This document shows positions 10,869 to 25,560 of a stretch of 64,000 nt of DNA, in pieces. The notes beneath the pieces were generated by a model that saw nothing but the letters and a program-made list of their open reading frames with translations, did no database searches and was not told where the DNA came from. The first letter of the stretch is position 1. Each line of letters begins with the position of its first letter. The position numbers and the translations under genes were made by a program. This DNA is from Phyllobates terribilis (lineage: Eukaryota): positions 241,056,001 through 241,120,000 of the forward strand of contig NW_027362767.1 in the NCBI RefSeq assembly GCF_046119375.1, given 5' to 3'.

Positions 10869-13800
10869 ACTACTATAATACTGCCCCATATGTACAATAA
10901 TATAACTACTATAATACTGCCCCCTATGTACAAGAATATAACTACTATAATACTGCCCCCTATGTACAAGAATATAACTATTATAATACTGCCCCCTATG
11001 TACAAGAATATAACTTCTATAATACTGCCCCCTATGTACAAGAATATAACTAATATAATGCTGCCCCCTATGTACAAGAATATAACTACTATAATACTGC
11101 CCCCCATGTACAAGAATATAGCTACTATAATACTGCCCTCTATGTACAAGAATATAACTACTATAATACTGCCCCCTATGTACAAGAATATAACTACTAT
11201 AATACTGCTCCTATGTGCAAGAATATAACTACTATAATACAGCTCCTATGTGCAAGAATATAACTACTATAATACTGCCCCCCATGTACAAGAATATAAC
11301 TACTATAATACTGCCCCCTATGTACAAGAATATAACTACTATAATACTGCCCCTATGTACAAGAATATAACTACTATAATACTGCTCCTATGTGCAAGAA
11401 TATAACTACTATAATACTGCTCCTATGTGCAAGAATATAACTACTACAATACTGCCCCTATGTACAAGAATATAACTACTATAATACTGCTCCTATGTAC
11501 AATAATATAACTACTATAATACTGCCCCCTATGTACAAGAATATAACTACTATAATACTGCTCCTGTGTACAAGAATATAACTAATATAATACTGCCCCC
11601 TATGTACAAGAATATAACTACTATAATACTGCTCCTATGTACAAGAATATAACTACTATAATACTGCCCCCTGTGTACAAGAATATAACTACTATAATAC
11701 TGCTTGTATGTACAAGAATATAACTACAATAATACTGCCCCCTATGTACAAGAATATAACTACTATAATACTGCTCCTATATACAAGAATATAACTACTA
11801 TAATACTGCTCCTATGTACAACAATATAACGACTATAATACTGCTCCCTATGTACCAGAATATAACTATTATAATACTACTCCTATGTGCAAGAATATAA
11901 CTACTATAATACTGCCCCCTATGTACAAGAATATAGCTACTATAATACTGCCCCCTATGTACAAGAATATAACTAATATAATACTGCTCCTATGTACAAG
12001 AATATAACTACTATAATACTGTCCCCTATGTACAAGAATAACTACTATAATACTGCTTCTATGTACAAGAATATAACTACTATAATACTGCTCCTATGTA
12101 CAAGAATATAGCTACTATAATACTGCCCCCTATGTACAAGAATATAACTACTATAATACTGCTCCCTATGTACAAGAATATAACTACTATAATACTGTCC
12201 CCTATGTACAAGAATATAACTACTATAATACTGCTCCTATGTACAAGAATATAACTACTATAATACTGCTCCCTATGTACAAGAATATAACTATTATAAT
12301 ACTGCCCCCTATGTACACGAATAACGCTACTATAATACTGCTCCTGTGTACAAGAATATAACTACCATAATACTGCTCCTATGTACAAGATTATAACTAC
12401 TATAATACTGCCCCTATGTACAAGAATATAGCTACTATAATACTGTCCCCTATGTACAAGAATATAAATACTATAATACTGTCCCCTATGTACAAGAATA
12501 TAACTACTATAATACTGCTCCTATGTACAAGAATATAACTACTATAATACTGCTCCTGTGTAGAAGAATATAACTACTATAATACTGTCCCCTATGTACA
12601 AGAATATAACTACTATAATACTGCTCCTATGTACAAGAATATAACTACTATAATACTGCTCCCATGTACAAGAATATAACTACTATAATACTGCCCCCTG
12701 TGTACAAGAATATAACTACTATAATACTGCTTGTATGTACAAGAATATAACTACAATAATACTGCCCCCTATGTACAAGAATATAACTACTATAATACTG
12801 CTCCTATATACAAGAATATAACTACTATAATACTGCTCATATGTGCAAGAATATAACGACTATAATACTGCTCCCTATGTACCAGAATATAACTATTATA
12901 ATACTGCTCCTATGTGCAAGAATATAACTACTATAATACTGCCCCCTATGTACAAGAATATAGCTACTATAATACTGCCCCCTATGTACAAGAATATAAC
13001 TAATATAATACTGCTCCTATGTACAAGAATATAACTACTATAATACTGTCCCCTATGTACAAGAATAACTACTATAATACTGCTTCTATGTACAAGAATA
13101 TAACTACTATAATACTGCTCCTATGTACAAGAATATAGCTACTATAATACTGCCCCCTATGTACAAGAATATAACTACTATAATACTGCTTCTATGTACA
13201 AGAATATAACTACTATAATACTGTCCCCTATGTACAAGAATATAACTACTATAATACTGCTTCTATGTACAAGAATATAACTACTATAATACTGCTCCTG
13301 TGTACAAGAATATAACTACTATAATACTGCCCCCCATGTACAAGAATATAACTACTATAATACTGCTCCCTATGTACAGTAATATAACTACTATAATACT
13401 GCCCCTATATACAAGAATATAACTACTATAATACTGCTCCTATGTACAAGAATATAACTACTATAATACTGCTCCCTATGTACAAGAATATAACTATTAT
13501 AATACTGCCCCCTATGTACACGAATAACGCTACTATAATACTGCTCCTATGTACAAGAATATAACTACTATAATACTGCTCCTATGTACAAGAATATAAC
13601 TACTATAATACTGCCCCTATGTACAAGAATATAACTACTATAATACTGTCCCCTATGTACAAGAATATAAATACTATAATACTGTCCCCTATGTACAAGA
13701 ATATAACTACTATAATACTGCTCATATGTACAAGAATATAACTACTATAATACTGCTCCCTATGTACAATAATATAACTACTATAATACTGCCCCTATAT

Positions 13801-16800
13801 ACAAGAATATAACTACTATAATACTGCTCCTATGTACAAGAATATAACTACTATAATACTGCTCCCTATGTACAAGAATATAACTATTATAATACTGCCC
13901 CCTATGTACACGAATAACGCTACTATAATACTGCTCCTATGTACAAGAATATAACTACTATAATACTGCTCCTATGTACAAGAATATAACTACTATAATA
14001 CTGCCCCTATGTACAAGAATATAACTACTATAATACTGCCCCTATGTACAAGAATATAACTACTATAATACTGTCCCCTATGTACAAGAATATAAATACT
14101 ATAATACTGTCCCCTATGTACAAGAATATAACTACTATAATACTGCTCATATGTACAAGAATATAACTACTATAATACTGCTCCTGTGTAGAAGAATATA
14201 ACTACTATAATACTGTCCCCTATGTACAAGAATATAACTACTATAATACTGCCCCCTGTGTACAAGAATATAACTACTATAATACTGCTTCTATGTACAA
14301 GAATATAACTACTATAATACTGCCCCCTATGTACAAGAATATAACTACTATAATACTGCCCCCTATGTACAAGAATATAACTACTATAATACTGCTCCCT
14401 ATGTACCTGAATATAACTACTATAATACTGCCCCTATGTACAAGAATATAACTACTATAATACTGCCCCTATGTACAAGAATATAACTACTATAATACTG
14501 CTCCTATATACAAGAATATAACTATTATAATACTGCTCCTATGTTCAAGAATATAACTACTATAATACTGCCCCCTATGTACAAGAATACAGCTACTATA
14601 AAACTGCCCCCTATGTACAAGAATATAACTAATATAATACTGCTCCTATGTACAAGAATATAACTACTATAATACTGTCCCCTATGTACAAAAATATAAC
14701 TACTATAATACTGCTTCTATGTACAAGAATATAACTACTATAATACTGCTCCTATGTACAAGAATATAACTGCTTTAATACTGCCCCTATGTACAAGAAT
14801 ATAACTACTATAATACTGCTTCTATGTGCTAGAATATAACTACTATAATACTGCTCCTGTGTACAAGAATATAGCTACTATAATACTGCCCCCCCATGTA
14901 CAAGAATATAACTACTATAATACTGCTCCCTATGTACAATAATATAACTACTATAATACTGCCCCTATATACAAGAATATAACTACTATAATACTGCTCC
15001 TATGTACAAGAATATAACTACTATAATACTGCTCCCTATGTACAAGAATATAACTACTATAATACTGCCCCCTATGTACACAAATATAGCTACTATAATA
15101 CTGCTCCTATGTACAAGAATATAACTACTATAATACTGCTCCTATGTACAAGAATATGACTACTATAATACTGCCCCTATGTACAAGAATATAACTACTA
15201 TAATACTGCCCCCTATGTACAAGAATATAAATACTATAATGCTGTCCCCTATGTACAAGAATATAACTACTATAATACTTCTCCTATGTACAAGAATATA
15301 ACTACTATAATACTGCTCCTGTGTAGAAGAATATAACTACTATAATACTGTCCCCTATGTACAAGAATATAACTACTATAATACTGCTCCTATGTGCAAG
15401 AATATAACTACTATAATACTGCCCCCTATGTACAAGAATATAACTACTATAATACTGCTTCTATGTACAAGAATATAACTACTATAATACTGCTCCTGTG
15501 TACAAGAATATAACTACTATAATACTGCCCCCCCATGTACTAGAATATAACTACTATAATACTGCCCCCCCATGTACAAGAATATAACTACTATAATACT
15601 GCCCCCTATGTACAAGAATATAACTACTATAATACTGCTTCTATGTACAAGAATATAACTACTATAATACTGCTCCTGTGTACAAGAATATAACTACTAT
15701 AATACTACCCCCTATGTACAAGAATATAGCTACTATAATACTGCCCGCTATGTACAAGAATATAACTAATATAATACTGCTCCTATGTACAAGAATATAA
15801 CTACTATAATACTCCTATATACAAGAATATAACTACTATAATACTGTCCTCTATGTACAAGAATATAACTACTATAATACTGCCCCCTATGTACAAGAAT
15901 ATAACTACTATAATATTGCCCCCTATGTACAAGAATATAACTAATATAATACTGCTCCTATGTACAAGAATATAACTACTGTAATGCTGCTCCCTATGTA
16001 CCAGAATATAACTACTATAATACTGCCCCTATGTACAAGAATATAACTACTATAATACTGCCCCTATGTACAAGAATATAACTAATATAATACTGCCCCT
16101 ATGTACAAGAATATAACTACTATAATACTGCCCCCTATGTACAATAATATAACTACTATAATACTGCCCCTATGTACAAGAATATAACTACTATAATACT
16201 GCCCCTATGTACAAGCATATAACTACTATAATACTGCTCCTATGTACAAGACTATAACTACTATAATACTGTCCCCTATGTACAAGAATATAACTACTAT
16301 AATACTGCCCCCTATGTACAATAATATAACTACTATAATACTGCCCCTATGTACAAGAATATAACTACTATAATACTGCCCCCTATGTACAAGAATATAA
16401 CTACTATAATACTGCCCCCTATGTACAAGAATATAACTACTATAATACTGCCCCCTATGTACAAGAATATAACTAATATAATACTGCTCCTATGTACAAG
16501 AATATAACTACTATAATACTGCTCCCTATGTACCAGAATATAACTACTATAATACTGCCCCTATGTACAAGAATATAACTACTATAATACTGCCCCTATG
16601 TACAAGAATATAACTACTATAATACTGCCCCTATGTACAAGAATATAACTACTATAATACTGCTCCTATATACAAGAATATAACTACTATAATACTGCTC
16701 CTATGTACAAGAATATAACGACTATAATACTTCTCCCTATGTACAAGAATATAACTACTATAATACTGCTCCCTATGTACCAGAATATAACTATTATAAT

Positions 16801-17086
16801 ACTGCTCCTATGTACAAGAATATAGCTACTGTAATACTGCCCCCTATGAACAAGAATATAACTACTATAATACTGCTCCCTATGTACAAGAATATAACTA
16901 ATATAATACTGCTCCTATGTACCAGAATATAACTACTATAATACTGCCCCTATGTACAAGAATATAACTGCTATAATACTGCCCATATGTACAAGAATAT
17001 AACTACTATAATACTGCTCCTATATACAAGAATATAACTACTATAGTACTGCTCCTATGTACAAGAATATAACGACTATAATACTG
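10869..17086 (+). repeat. 35-37 bp satellite (TATGTACAAGAATATAACTACTATAATACTGCYCC[C]), ~170-175 units
   Basis: Direct reading of the array; length variation is in the C-run; 12-aa periodic pseudo-ORFs. Confidence 0.98.
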
Positions 17087-17091
17087 CCAGA

Positions 17092-18065
17092 CAGTATTAT
17101 AGTAGTTATATTCTTGTACATAGGGGACAATATTATAGTAGTTATATTTTTGTACATAGGAACAGTATTATATTAGTTATATTCTTGTACATAGGGGGCA
17201 GTATTACAGTAGTTATATTCTGGTACATAGGGAGCAGTATTATAATAGTTATATTCTTGTACATAGGGGCAGTATTATAGTAGTTATATTCTTGTACATA
17301 GGGGGCAGTATTACAGTAGTTATATTCTGGTACATAGGGAGCAGTATTATAGTAGTTATATTCTTGCACATAGGAGCAGTATTATAATAGTTATATTCTG
17401 GTACATAGGGAGCAGTATTATAGTAGTTATATTCTTGTACATAGGGAGAAGTATTATAGTAGTTATATTCTTGTACATAGGAGCAGTATTATAGTAGTTA
17501 TATTCTTGTACATAGGGAGCAGTATTATAGTAGTTATATTCTTGTATATAGGAGCAGTATTATAGTTGCTATATTATTGTATATAGGGGCAGTATTATAG
17601 TAGTTATATTATTGTACATAGGGAGCAGTATTATAGTAGTTATATTCTTGTACATGGGGGGGCAGTATTATAGGAGTTATATTCTTGTACATAGGAGCAG
17701 TATTATAGTAGTTATATTCTTGTACATAGGAGCAGTATTATAGTAGTTATATTCTTGTACATAGGAGCAGTATTATAGTAGTTATATTCTTGTACATAGG
17801 GGACAGTATTATAGTAGTTATATTCTTGTACATAGGGGCAGTATTATAGTAGTTATATTCTTGTACATAGGGGTCGGTATTATAGTAGTTATATTCTTGT
17901 ACATAGGAGTCAGTATTACAGTAGTTATATTCTTGTACATAGGAGTCAGTATTACAGTAGTTATATTCTTGTACATAGGGGCAGTATTATAGTAGTTATA
18001 TTCTTGTACATAGGGGTCGGTATTATAGTAGTTATATTCTTGTACATAGGAGTCAGTATTATAGT
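17092..18065 (-). repeat. Same satellite in inverted orientation, ~27 units
   Basis: Reverse-complement units begin after the junction TATAATACTG-CCAGA-CAGTATTATA. Confidence 0.97.
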
Positions 18066-18177
18066 CCCCGATATACTCGATGGGAGACAAGTCCGGAGTC
18101 GCTGTAGGCCGTAATAGCACGATTAGGACACGCAGTCCCTGCTGACAGCGCTTTTCTTTAACATAATAAATATGAAG

Positions 18178-19078
18178 TTTTATTTCTATAGCGCCAACAT
18201 ATTCCGCAGCACTTTACATTTCAGAGGAGACTTGTACAGACAATAAAGACATTACAGAGTAACACACAACTCAACAGATATCAAGAGGAGTGAGGGCCCT
18301 GATCACAGGCTACAATCTATGAGGAAATAGGGGGGACACGAAAGATAAATGGTAAAAAGTGCTTGTAATGTAATAGTGCCATCATTATAATAAGACGGGT
18401 ATTCACATAACGCTGCATGAACCAGCCAGGATCTGTACAGTATAGATACAAAGTGCTACTAAGTGCACGGAGCAGGTATAAACAGATAACACAAGGGTCC
18501 TGATTTGGAGGAAAGATGTTGAAAGGGCAAAATAGGAATAGTTAGATAAGTGAGGTGATAGGCCAGTGTAAAGAAATGCGTTTTTAGGTCACGCTTATAA
18601 CTGTGGGTATTAGGAATTACTCTAAGGTTATGTGCCCACAATGCAGAAATGAAGAGGAAAATTTCCGCTTCATTTCTGCATCTCCTTGCCAGAATAAACA
18701 CCTGCGGAATTTAACACGCGTTTTTTGCGCGTTTTTGACATGTGGATTTGCCATGCGTTTTCTAATGCATTGAGTAGGCAATTCCGCATGCGTAAACGCA
18801 CAAATAATGGACATGCTGTGGATTTTTCCGCACATAAAATCCGCTGCGGAAAATTCCGCAGCATGTGCACAGAACATGCGGATTGTCATTGGGGACCATG
18901 GGGCACGGATTACCAAGCGTTTTACAAGCGTTTCCGCAGCAGAAATTCCTCAGCAAAAATGCTTGAAAAATGCATCGTGGGCACGCAGCCTAATTGTCCT
19001 GGGTAGTGCATTCCAGAGATGTGGTGCAGCTTGCGAGAAGTCTTGGAGATGGGAGTGGGAGGTTCGGATTATTGAGGA
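18178..19078 (-). mobile_element. Old L2/CR1-like 3' fragment interrupted by a MITE
   Basis: Minus-strand end GTAAAGTGCTGCGGAATATGTTGGCGCTATAGAAATAAAA resembles the L2 tail nearby; LINE-like sequence resumes at 18991-19078. Confidence 0.45.
18626..18990. mobile_element. PIF/Harbinger-type MITE (365 bp)
   Basis: Inverted termini GGTTATGTGCCCACAATGCA / TGCATCGTGGGCACGCAGCC flanked by TAA on both sides; internally palindromic. Confidence 0.75.
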
Positions 19079-19084
19079 TGTTAG

Positions 19085-20040
19085 TATTATTATTATTTAT
19101 TATTATAGCGCCATTTATTCCATGGCGCTTTACATGTGAAAAAGGGGTATAATACTAGAACAATTACAATAATCTTGAACACAATGTGACAGCGACTGGT
19201 ACAGGAGGAGCGAGGACCCTGCCGGCGAGGTCTCACAATCTACAAGGGATGGGTGAGGATACAGTAGGTGAGGGTAGAGCTGGTCGTGCAGTGGTATGGT
19301 GGAGCGGTGGTTACTGCAGGTTGCAGGCTTGTCGGAAGAGGTGGGTCTTCAGGTTCCTTTTGAAGGTTTCCACGGTAGGCGAGAGTCTGATACGTTGGGG
19401 TAGAGAGTTCCAGAGTAGGGGGGAAGCTTGGGAGAAATCTTGTATGCGATTGTGGGAGGAGGAGATAAAAGGGGAGTAGAGAAGGAGATCTTGTGAGGAT
19501 CGGAGGTTGAGTGCAGGTATGTAACATGTAGTCTTAGGTCATTAGCAGAACGGAGGGCACGTGTAGGGTGGTAGACTGAGACGAGAGAGAAGATGTAGGG
19601 CAGTGCTGAATTGTGGAGTGCTTTGTGGGTGAGAGTGATGAGCTTGTATTGAACTCTGAAGCGGATGGGTAACCAGTGCAATGACTGGCACAGGGTGGAG
19701 GCATCGGTGTAGTGGTTGGACAGGAAAATGATCCTGGCTGCTGCATTCAGGATGGACTGGAGAGGGGAGAGTTTAGTAAGAGGGAAACAGATTATTAGAG
19801 AGTGGCAATAGTCCATACGCGAATGAATCAGAGCGACAGTAAGTGTTTTTGCAGAGTCAAAAGTAAGAAAGGGTCAAATTCTAGAGATATTTTTTGAGGT
19901 GTAGGTGACATAAGCGGGCGAGTGAAGGAAAGATCTGAGTCAAGTATAACCCCAAGTCAGCAGGCGTGCTGCAGGGGAGTAATGGTGGAGCCACACACAG
20001 AAATGGCGATATTGAGCTTAGTAAGTTTAATAGAGGGGGA
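19085..20040 (-). mobile_element. 5'-truncated L2 LINE with terminal stem-loop and (AAT)n tail
   Basis: RT C-terminal peptide DYCHSL...LQSILNAAARIIF...LHWLPIRFRVQYK; upstream GVILDSDLSF with stops; 3' hairpin AGCGCCAT-GGAATAA-ATGGCGCT then AAT repeats. Confidence 0.85.
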
Positions 20041-22645
20041 AAACACAAGGACATACAGCGAACACCCAACTGCAGCCACCGTGATGGGTGCTTACACCCA
20101 TTCCAATTAACCCCCTAAATGCCATTGGTCAATAGTGACCGCGGCATCTAGATGGTTGACAGAGGGAGATGGCTCTCTCTGTAGCACTTCCCTCACTATG
20201 CGACGTAATTGCCAGGAGCCTAACAGGATAAATAAAACTATATATATTTGGTGTAATCATAGTGACCCACATAATAAAGTTAATATTTCACCTACACCAC
20301 ATGGTCAGTGCTTTAAAAAAAAAAATAAAATCAGGCGATATCGGTGGGTAAATGAAGGAAATATGTGTCTTTTACGGAGGCACGGCTAATAACAGTGATT
20401 TGGTTTGGCAGCGACTTTTTATACTTATTTTTTCCTGCTATTTAATTTATCTATTTTCCATTAATTTCACATATTGTGCTCCCCATAAAGTCATAAAAGA
20501 CCTTTTTACCTGATTTCCCCTGTAACTGAGGCTGGTATATTAGCTCCAGTTACAGAGGAAATTCAACCTCCTGTCTGCAAAGCAGAATTGTCCGGATCTC
20601 CTAGGACTCGGCAGCTCCTTCTCCCTCCTGACACCAAGCGATTACATGAGCGCCGGGCCCAGAGGAGGAAGCACCAATGTGATTCCTATTACTATACACT
20701 CAGAACTTGTTTAGTGCTGTGTATACAGCGATCCATAGGGCAGAGATGGTAATAAACCATCTCTGCCTTCTCTGTGGGGAGTCCGGCTGTGTCCGACAAC
20801 CAGCTCCCCACCCCCACAGCTGCACGATCTCGAGCAGCTGCTCTTGCTATGCAGAGTAGAACGCAGACCACCAGGACTTTTATCATCTATGAGTGGTCCA
20901 GAAGTAGCTAATGGGTGCACTTTTTTTAAAAGGGGTTGATTTTTTGGGGGGCAATGGGGTGGTGTTCTAATGTACAGGCCCTAAAAAGGCACTTAGTAAA
21001 AACTGAATGGACCTTAAAAAGGGTTTCTGGAAGTTTACTTGAAAATGTGAAAAATTGTTGCTAAAGTTTGAAGTCGTGTAATGTCCCCAAAAATCAATGG
21101 ACATATAAAAAATAGATGTCAACACAGAGTAGATATATGGGAAATGTTAATTATTAAACATTTTGTGTGATAGAAGTAACTGTTTTAAATGCAGTAAAAG
21201 TTTAAAAATTGCATTGTTCCAAATGTTTTGTAAATTAAATTTTATACAAAGTACAATGTGTCACGAAAAAACAAAACATACAATCTCAGAACCACTGGGA
21301 TACATTAAAAAATTATCCAACGTAAAACCCGATCTTTGGTCTTTCAATTCTGCTGATTTTATAAAGATATATAAAATGTAGACAGAGGCCTTGTGTGGAC
21401 TCTGCACGTTACATTTTTATTTTAAAGAGGACCTGTCATATTAGTTGCCAACACAAAATTAAATAAGATACACTGTACCTCCTTAAGGGAACCGGTTGCC
21501 AAATGAAAAATAGCTCTTAATTTATTTCCACTGCTCCACTGAATATTTGGCTTTTTTCCCCCCTAAATCCGCCATATTGTTCCATAGGCATTTGGGGTGT
21601 ATTATCGATTTTTAATATTTTACTTTTTTTTATTTGGAGATTTAAGTTTCATTTATACACAGTGATACATTGTCCTGGCTTCCAGGGGTGCAAGGTGTCC
21701 AGGGCATCGAAAGGGTTAAAGGGTTTATTATGTATCTGTAAGTGCAAATGTTTGGTGGCAGTGCTATCAGGAAAAAGCAGGTCAGACCGTGACTTATCAG
21801 AAATTGATATGATAGTGATGTAATTAGTGAGAAAACATATCTAATGGGTTTCCTATAAACTTTCATCGCGGGTGCGTTTAGATTTGCATGTAGATTTTTT
21901 TTTCCTGCATGTTATGCTGCATGTGGCCAGTAGGGGGTGCAATAAGTACATGTACCTGTGAGAAGAGCAGAGCTCATGATGGGATGGCTATAGAAAAAAA
22001 TGGGAAATGGCATAGTTAGCAGCCGATCTGTCATGCTGCAACAATGACGTCGCCCCAGGCCGGCTAATCATAAGAGGAGCCAGAGATGCCAGCAGGTAGG
22101 AGGCTGTCCGCAGGGCATGGACTACTGACCAGGGTCCTGCGCAACAATTCGCTCATCTCCCCTGATGGGCTAGCCTTCACTCTCCGGCTTTGGATCCCCA
22201 TGACCCTTTGGTAGGTACTAACCACTGCATGCTGAAAATATCCCATTACAGTGAGAAAAGTTAAAAAATATTAACATGGAATTCATCCATGCCCCATAGA
22301 ATTAATGGGATCCAATAGTAAATTACGGCAAAAATGATGCAAGAAACAATGGAAAAATTCCATAGGATGTAGAGGAATTCAATTTCTTAGTGATAAGAAA
22401 TATATGTTTGGCAACATTAGGGCCATCTTAGAGCCTTTTATTTTATATGTGGACCCAGATTCATTTGGGTGCTATATCGGACCAGTGTATTTGGCTCCCT
22501 ACACTCAGGTGTTTGTCACCGGGGAGCCACCCTCATGTTAGCAAACTCCCCATCTTTGTCTGCATCAATCAGATTTTGGAAGTAAGACTTCTTAAGTAGC
22601 TATATGTGTGTGTATACACATACAATACACACACTCAGACTCACA

Positions 22646-23690
22646 CAGTGGCACTTGAAACTTTGTGAACCCTTTCAAAATTTCCATATTCCTAAAAATA
22701 AATGAAGAGAAATAAATCGAGAAAATGAGTCAAAAATACTAGGCTTTTTTTTTTTTTTAATAAAAATGAGAAAAAATTATCCAAAATTACGTGAGTGGCC
22801 AACATGTGAACTTTTAGGATCAGCAGATAATTGGAAGGTGAAATTAGAATCTTCTGTTTTCAATCAATGGGATGACAATCAGGTGTGAGTGGGCGACCTG
22901 TTTTATTTCAAGAACAGAGATCTATAAAACTGATCTTTACAACTCATGTCTGTGAATCCCTTCACCTTGGTTTGCTAAACTTTCTTGTGCTCCACGTCAG
23001 GCTTTGCAAGTAGCCTGGCATGATTTCTGAGGATTTCAGAAGAAGAGTTGTTTGTGCTCATCAGGCTGGAAAAGGTTACAAAGCCATCTCTAAGAGTGTA
23101 GAATCCACTAATCCACAGTCATATTGGTTGTAAACAAATAGAGGAAATTCAATACCGTTATTACCCATCCCCAAGAGCGATCGACCATTAAAGATCACTC
23201 CAAGAGCAAGATGTATAATAGTCTGCAAGGTCACAAAGGAACCCAAGGTTCTAAGCAACTAAAGGCCTCTCTAACATTAGCTAACTTTAATGTTTTGAAG
23301 TTCACTGATAGAGAACGATGTGCTGAATTTTATCAGCAAATTCTAAAGGAAAATGACAGGACATCTGTACATGAGCTGAACCTCGAGAGAATGTGGTTCA
23401 TGCAGCAAGACAATGGCCCAAAACAAAACACACACGTTGTTCTATAAAAGAATGGTTAAAGGAAAAAAAATAAATAAAATAAATAATACAGTTGTTTTGG
23501 AATGGCCAAGAGCTTAATCCTATAGAAATGTTGTGGAAGGACATGAAACAAGCAGTTCATAGGAGAAAACCACCAACATAACAGATGAAACTGTTTTGTA
23601 GAAAATAATCATCTAAAATTCTTCCAAGTCCATGTGCCGGATTAATGAAATACCCGAAAGGTTTAGATGCAGTTATTGCTGTTCAGACTC
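22646..23690 (+). mobile_element. Degenerate Tc1-like transposon
   Basis: CAGTG start; transposase remnants ([32 protein letters not shown]) with stops and an internal deletion; right boundary approximate. Confidence 0.7.
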
Positions 23691-24929
23691 AACTCAATGA
23701 GAGGAGATAGACATGGAGCTGCGATTTTCATTTTGGACCACACTGAAAACAAACGCCGCTTACTACTACCACTACTAAGAATAATAAAGCTGTCCCTTTA
23801 AGACATTTTGATGGCATCTGGCGTCACCGCATGGCACAGAACCGCTGTGTATAATTTATAAGACTGGTGCAGCATTCCTGCTGTTGGATCACTTCCAGGC
23901 GGCAGTATCCGTAAAGCTGGCATCATTTCACAGAGGTAATGGGCAATTTGTATGACTTAAGTTGCCATCCTTAAGGAGGACGCTGGGAGCAGATCGTGGG
24001 CACTGGGGGATTACGCTCCAAGCCTCGAGCAGATGTTTGCAATGTAAAATTGATTAAAAAAGCCTCAGAAATGATGTTGTGTTCTGGCTGATGAGAAATT
24101 ATGGGTTTATGTAACTAGACAAGTCATATGGCGTGGAAATACAAGCACCAGGAAGTAAAGGGACAGCACTCGGGCACATTTTATGGAAATCACACTTAAA
24201 GGGGAACTTTCAGCAGACTGAATTCTCTAAGTCTATGTTCACATAGAGGTTTTTGTTTGTTTAAACAAACTATTTTTTTTTAAACTCTGTCTGAACATAG
24301 ACTTAGAGAACTCGGTCTGGTGAGAGTTCCCCTTTGAGTATGATTTCCATAAAATCATACTTTTCAAGGGAAAACTGCTTCAGGAAATGTGACTTTTTCT
24401 GAAGAGGTTTTGGAACAGTTCAGGTTTCAGGTTTTTTTTGGAACATTTTCATTGGACAGCGCATAGTTTGCGGCAGATTCCATCAGGATCCGCTTCAAAA
24501 TAGTCACATGCGTGTTTTTTCCTCTCCAGCAGGTGTTTTTCATAACCTCTTAAAAAAATGTGCTAAAAAACAAACATTTCCCATATAAATTAATAGGAAG
24601 AGTTTTCCAAACATTTTTTAAGCCTTTTTTGGGGCCGTGAACTCCGTGTGATTCCAGGTAAAGCGAGCTTTTTGAAAAAATGTTGGCAGCGAGTAAGAAG
24701 AAAAATAAGAAACACATTAGATTTGCTTTGTGTTTTTTTTTTTTAACTTTTTAGGTACCTGGCAGATGTTTTTTTTTAAATTTTCCCATAAGCTTCTATG
24801 TAGGAGACAATGCATGAAAACCCCCCCCCAAAAAAAAAAAAATTATATATAAGAAGCGGGTATGCTCACACCACATTTTTTTTACAGGTGGCCAAAATAG
24901 GTGTAGGACTGTGTGACCGGTCAAATTCT

Positions 24930-25560
24930 GCCACAGAAAGCTTCCCCTCCATGTCTGTATGGAGCTTGTACACTGGGCCCAGTCATGGGGAACAGAAAAG
25001 GGCGAACCCAAAACTGTTCCCACAAATCTGGAAGCTACAATTGTCCATAATGTCTTATGCTGAAGAATTAAGATTTCCCTTCCCTGGATCTAAAGGAACT
25101 GAGGCCGGCCCCTGATAATCCCATAGCATTATCCTCCTCCACCATCTGTACAGCGGGCACAATGCAGTCAGGGGGTAACGTTCTCCTGGAATCACCAAAC
25201 CCAGACTCCTCCATCAGACGCCGGAGAGAGAAGTGTGATCCATCACTGCACAGAACACGTGTCCAGAGTCCAGTGGTGGCGGCTTTACACCATTCCATCT
25301 GACGCTCGGCATTGTGCTTGGTGATGTAAGGCTGTATTCAGCTGCTCAGCCATGAAGCCCCCGGCAGGGGCGCACGGTTTGTGCTGATGGTATACCAGAG
25401 GAGGCCTGGACTCTGCAGTTATGGAGTCAGCAGTGCGGCAGTTACTTTTCTGCCCTCTTCTCATCAGCACTAGACCCCCCGCTCTGTAACGTTATGGGGA
25501 CTCCACTTCGTGGCTGAGTTGCCGCCGTTCCTTCCACTTCTTAGTAATATAACTCACAGG
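24930..25560 (-). mobile_element. Tc1-like transposase remnant
   Basis: Peptide MEWCKA...VLCSDGSHF...DCIVPAV resembles the Tc1 first-Asp region; a homologous piece lies at 36590-36790. Confidence 0.55.

Noticed and set aside
10838-18120. Hydrophobic periodic ORFs (MYIGGSIIVVIFL...)
   Set aside because: Translations of the satellite.
20692-20886. 64-aa ORF with a signal-peptide-like start (MIKVLVVCVLLCIARAAA)
   Set aside because: No recognisable family, splice partner or promoter. FAM3A, the expected syntenic neighbour, could not be identified here.
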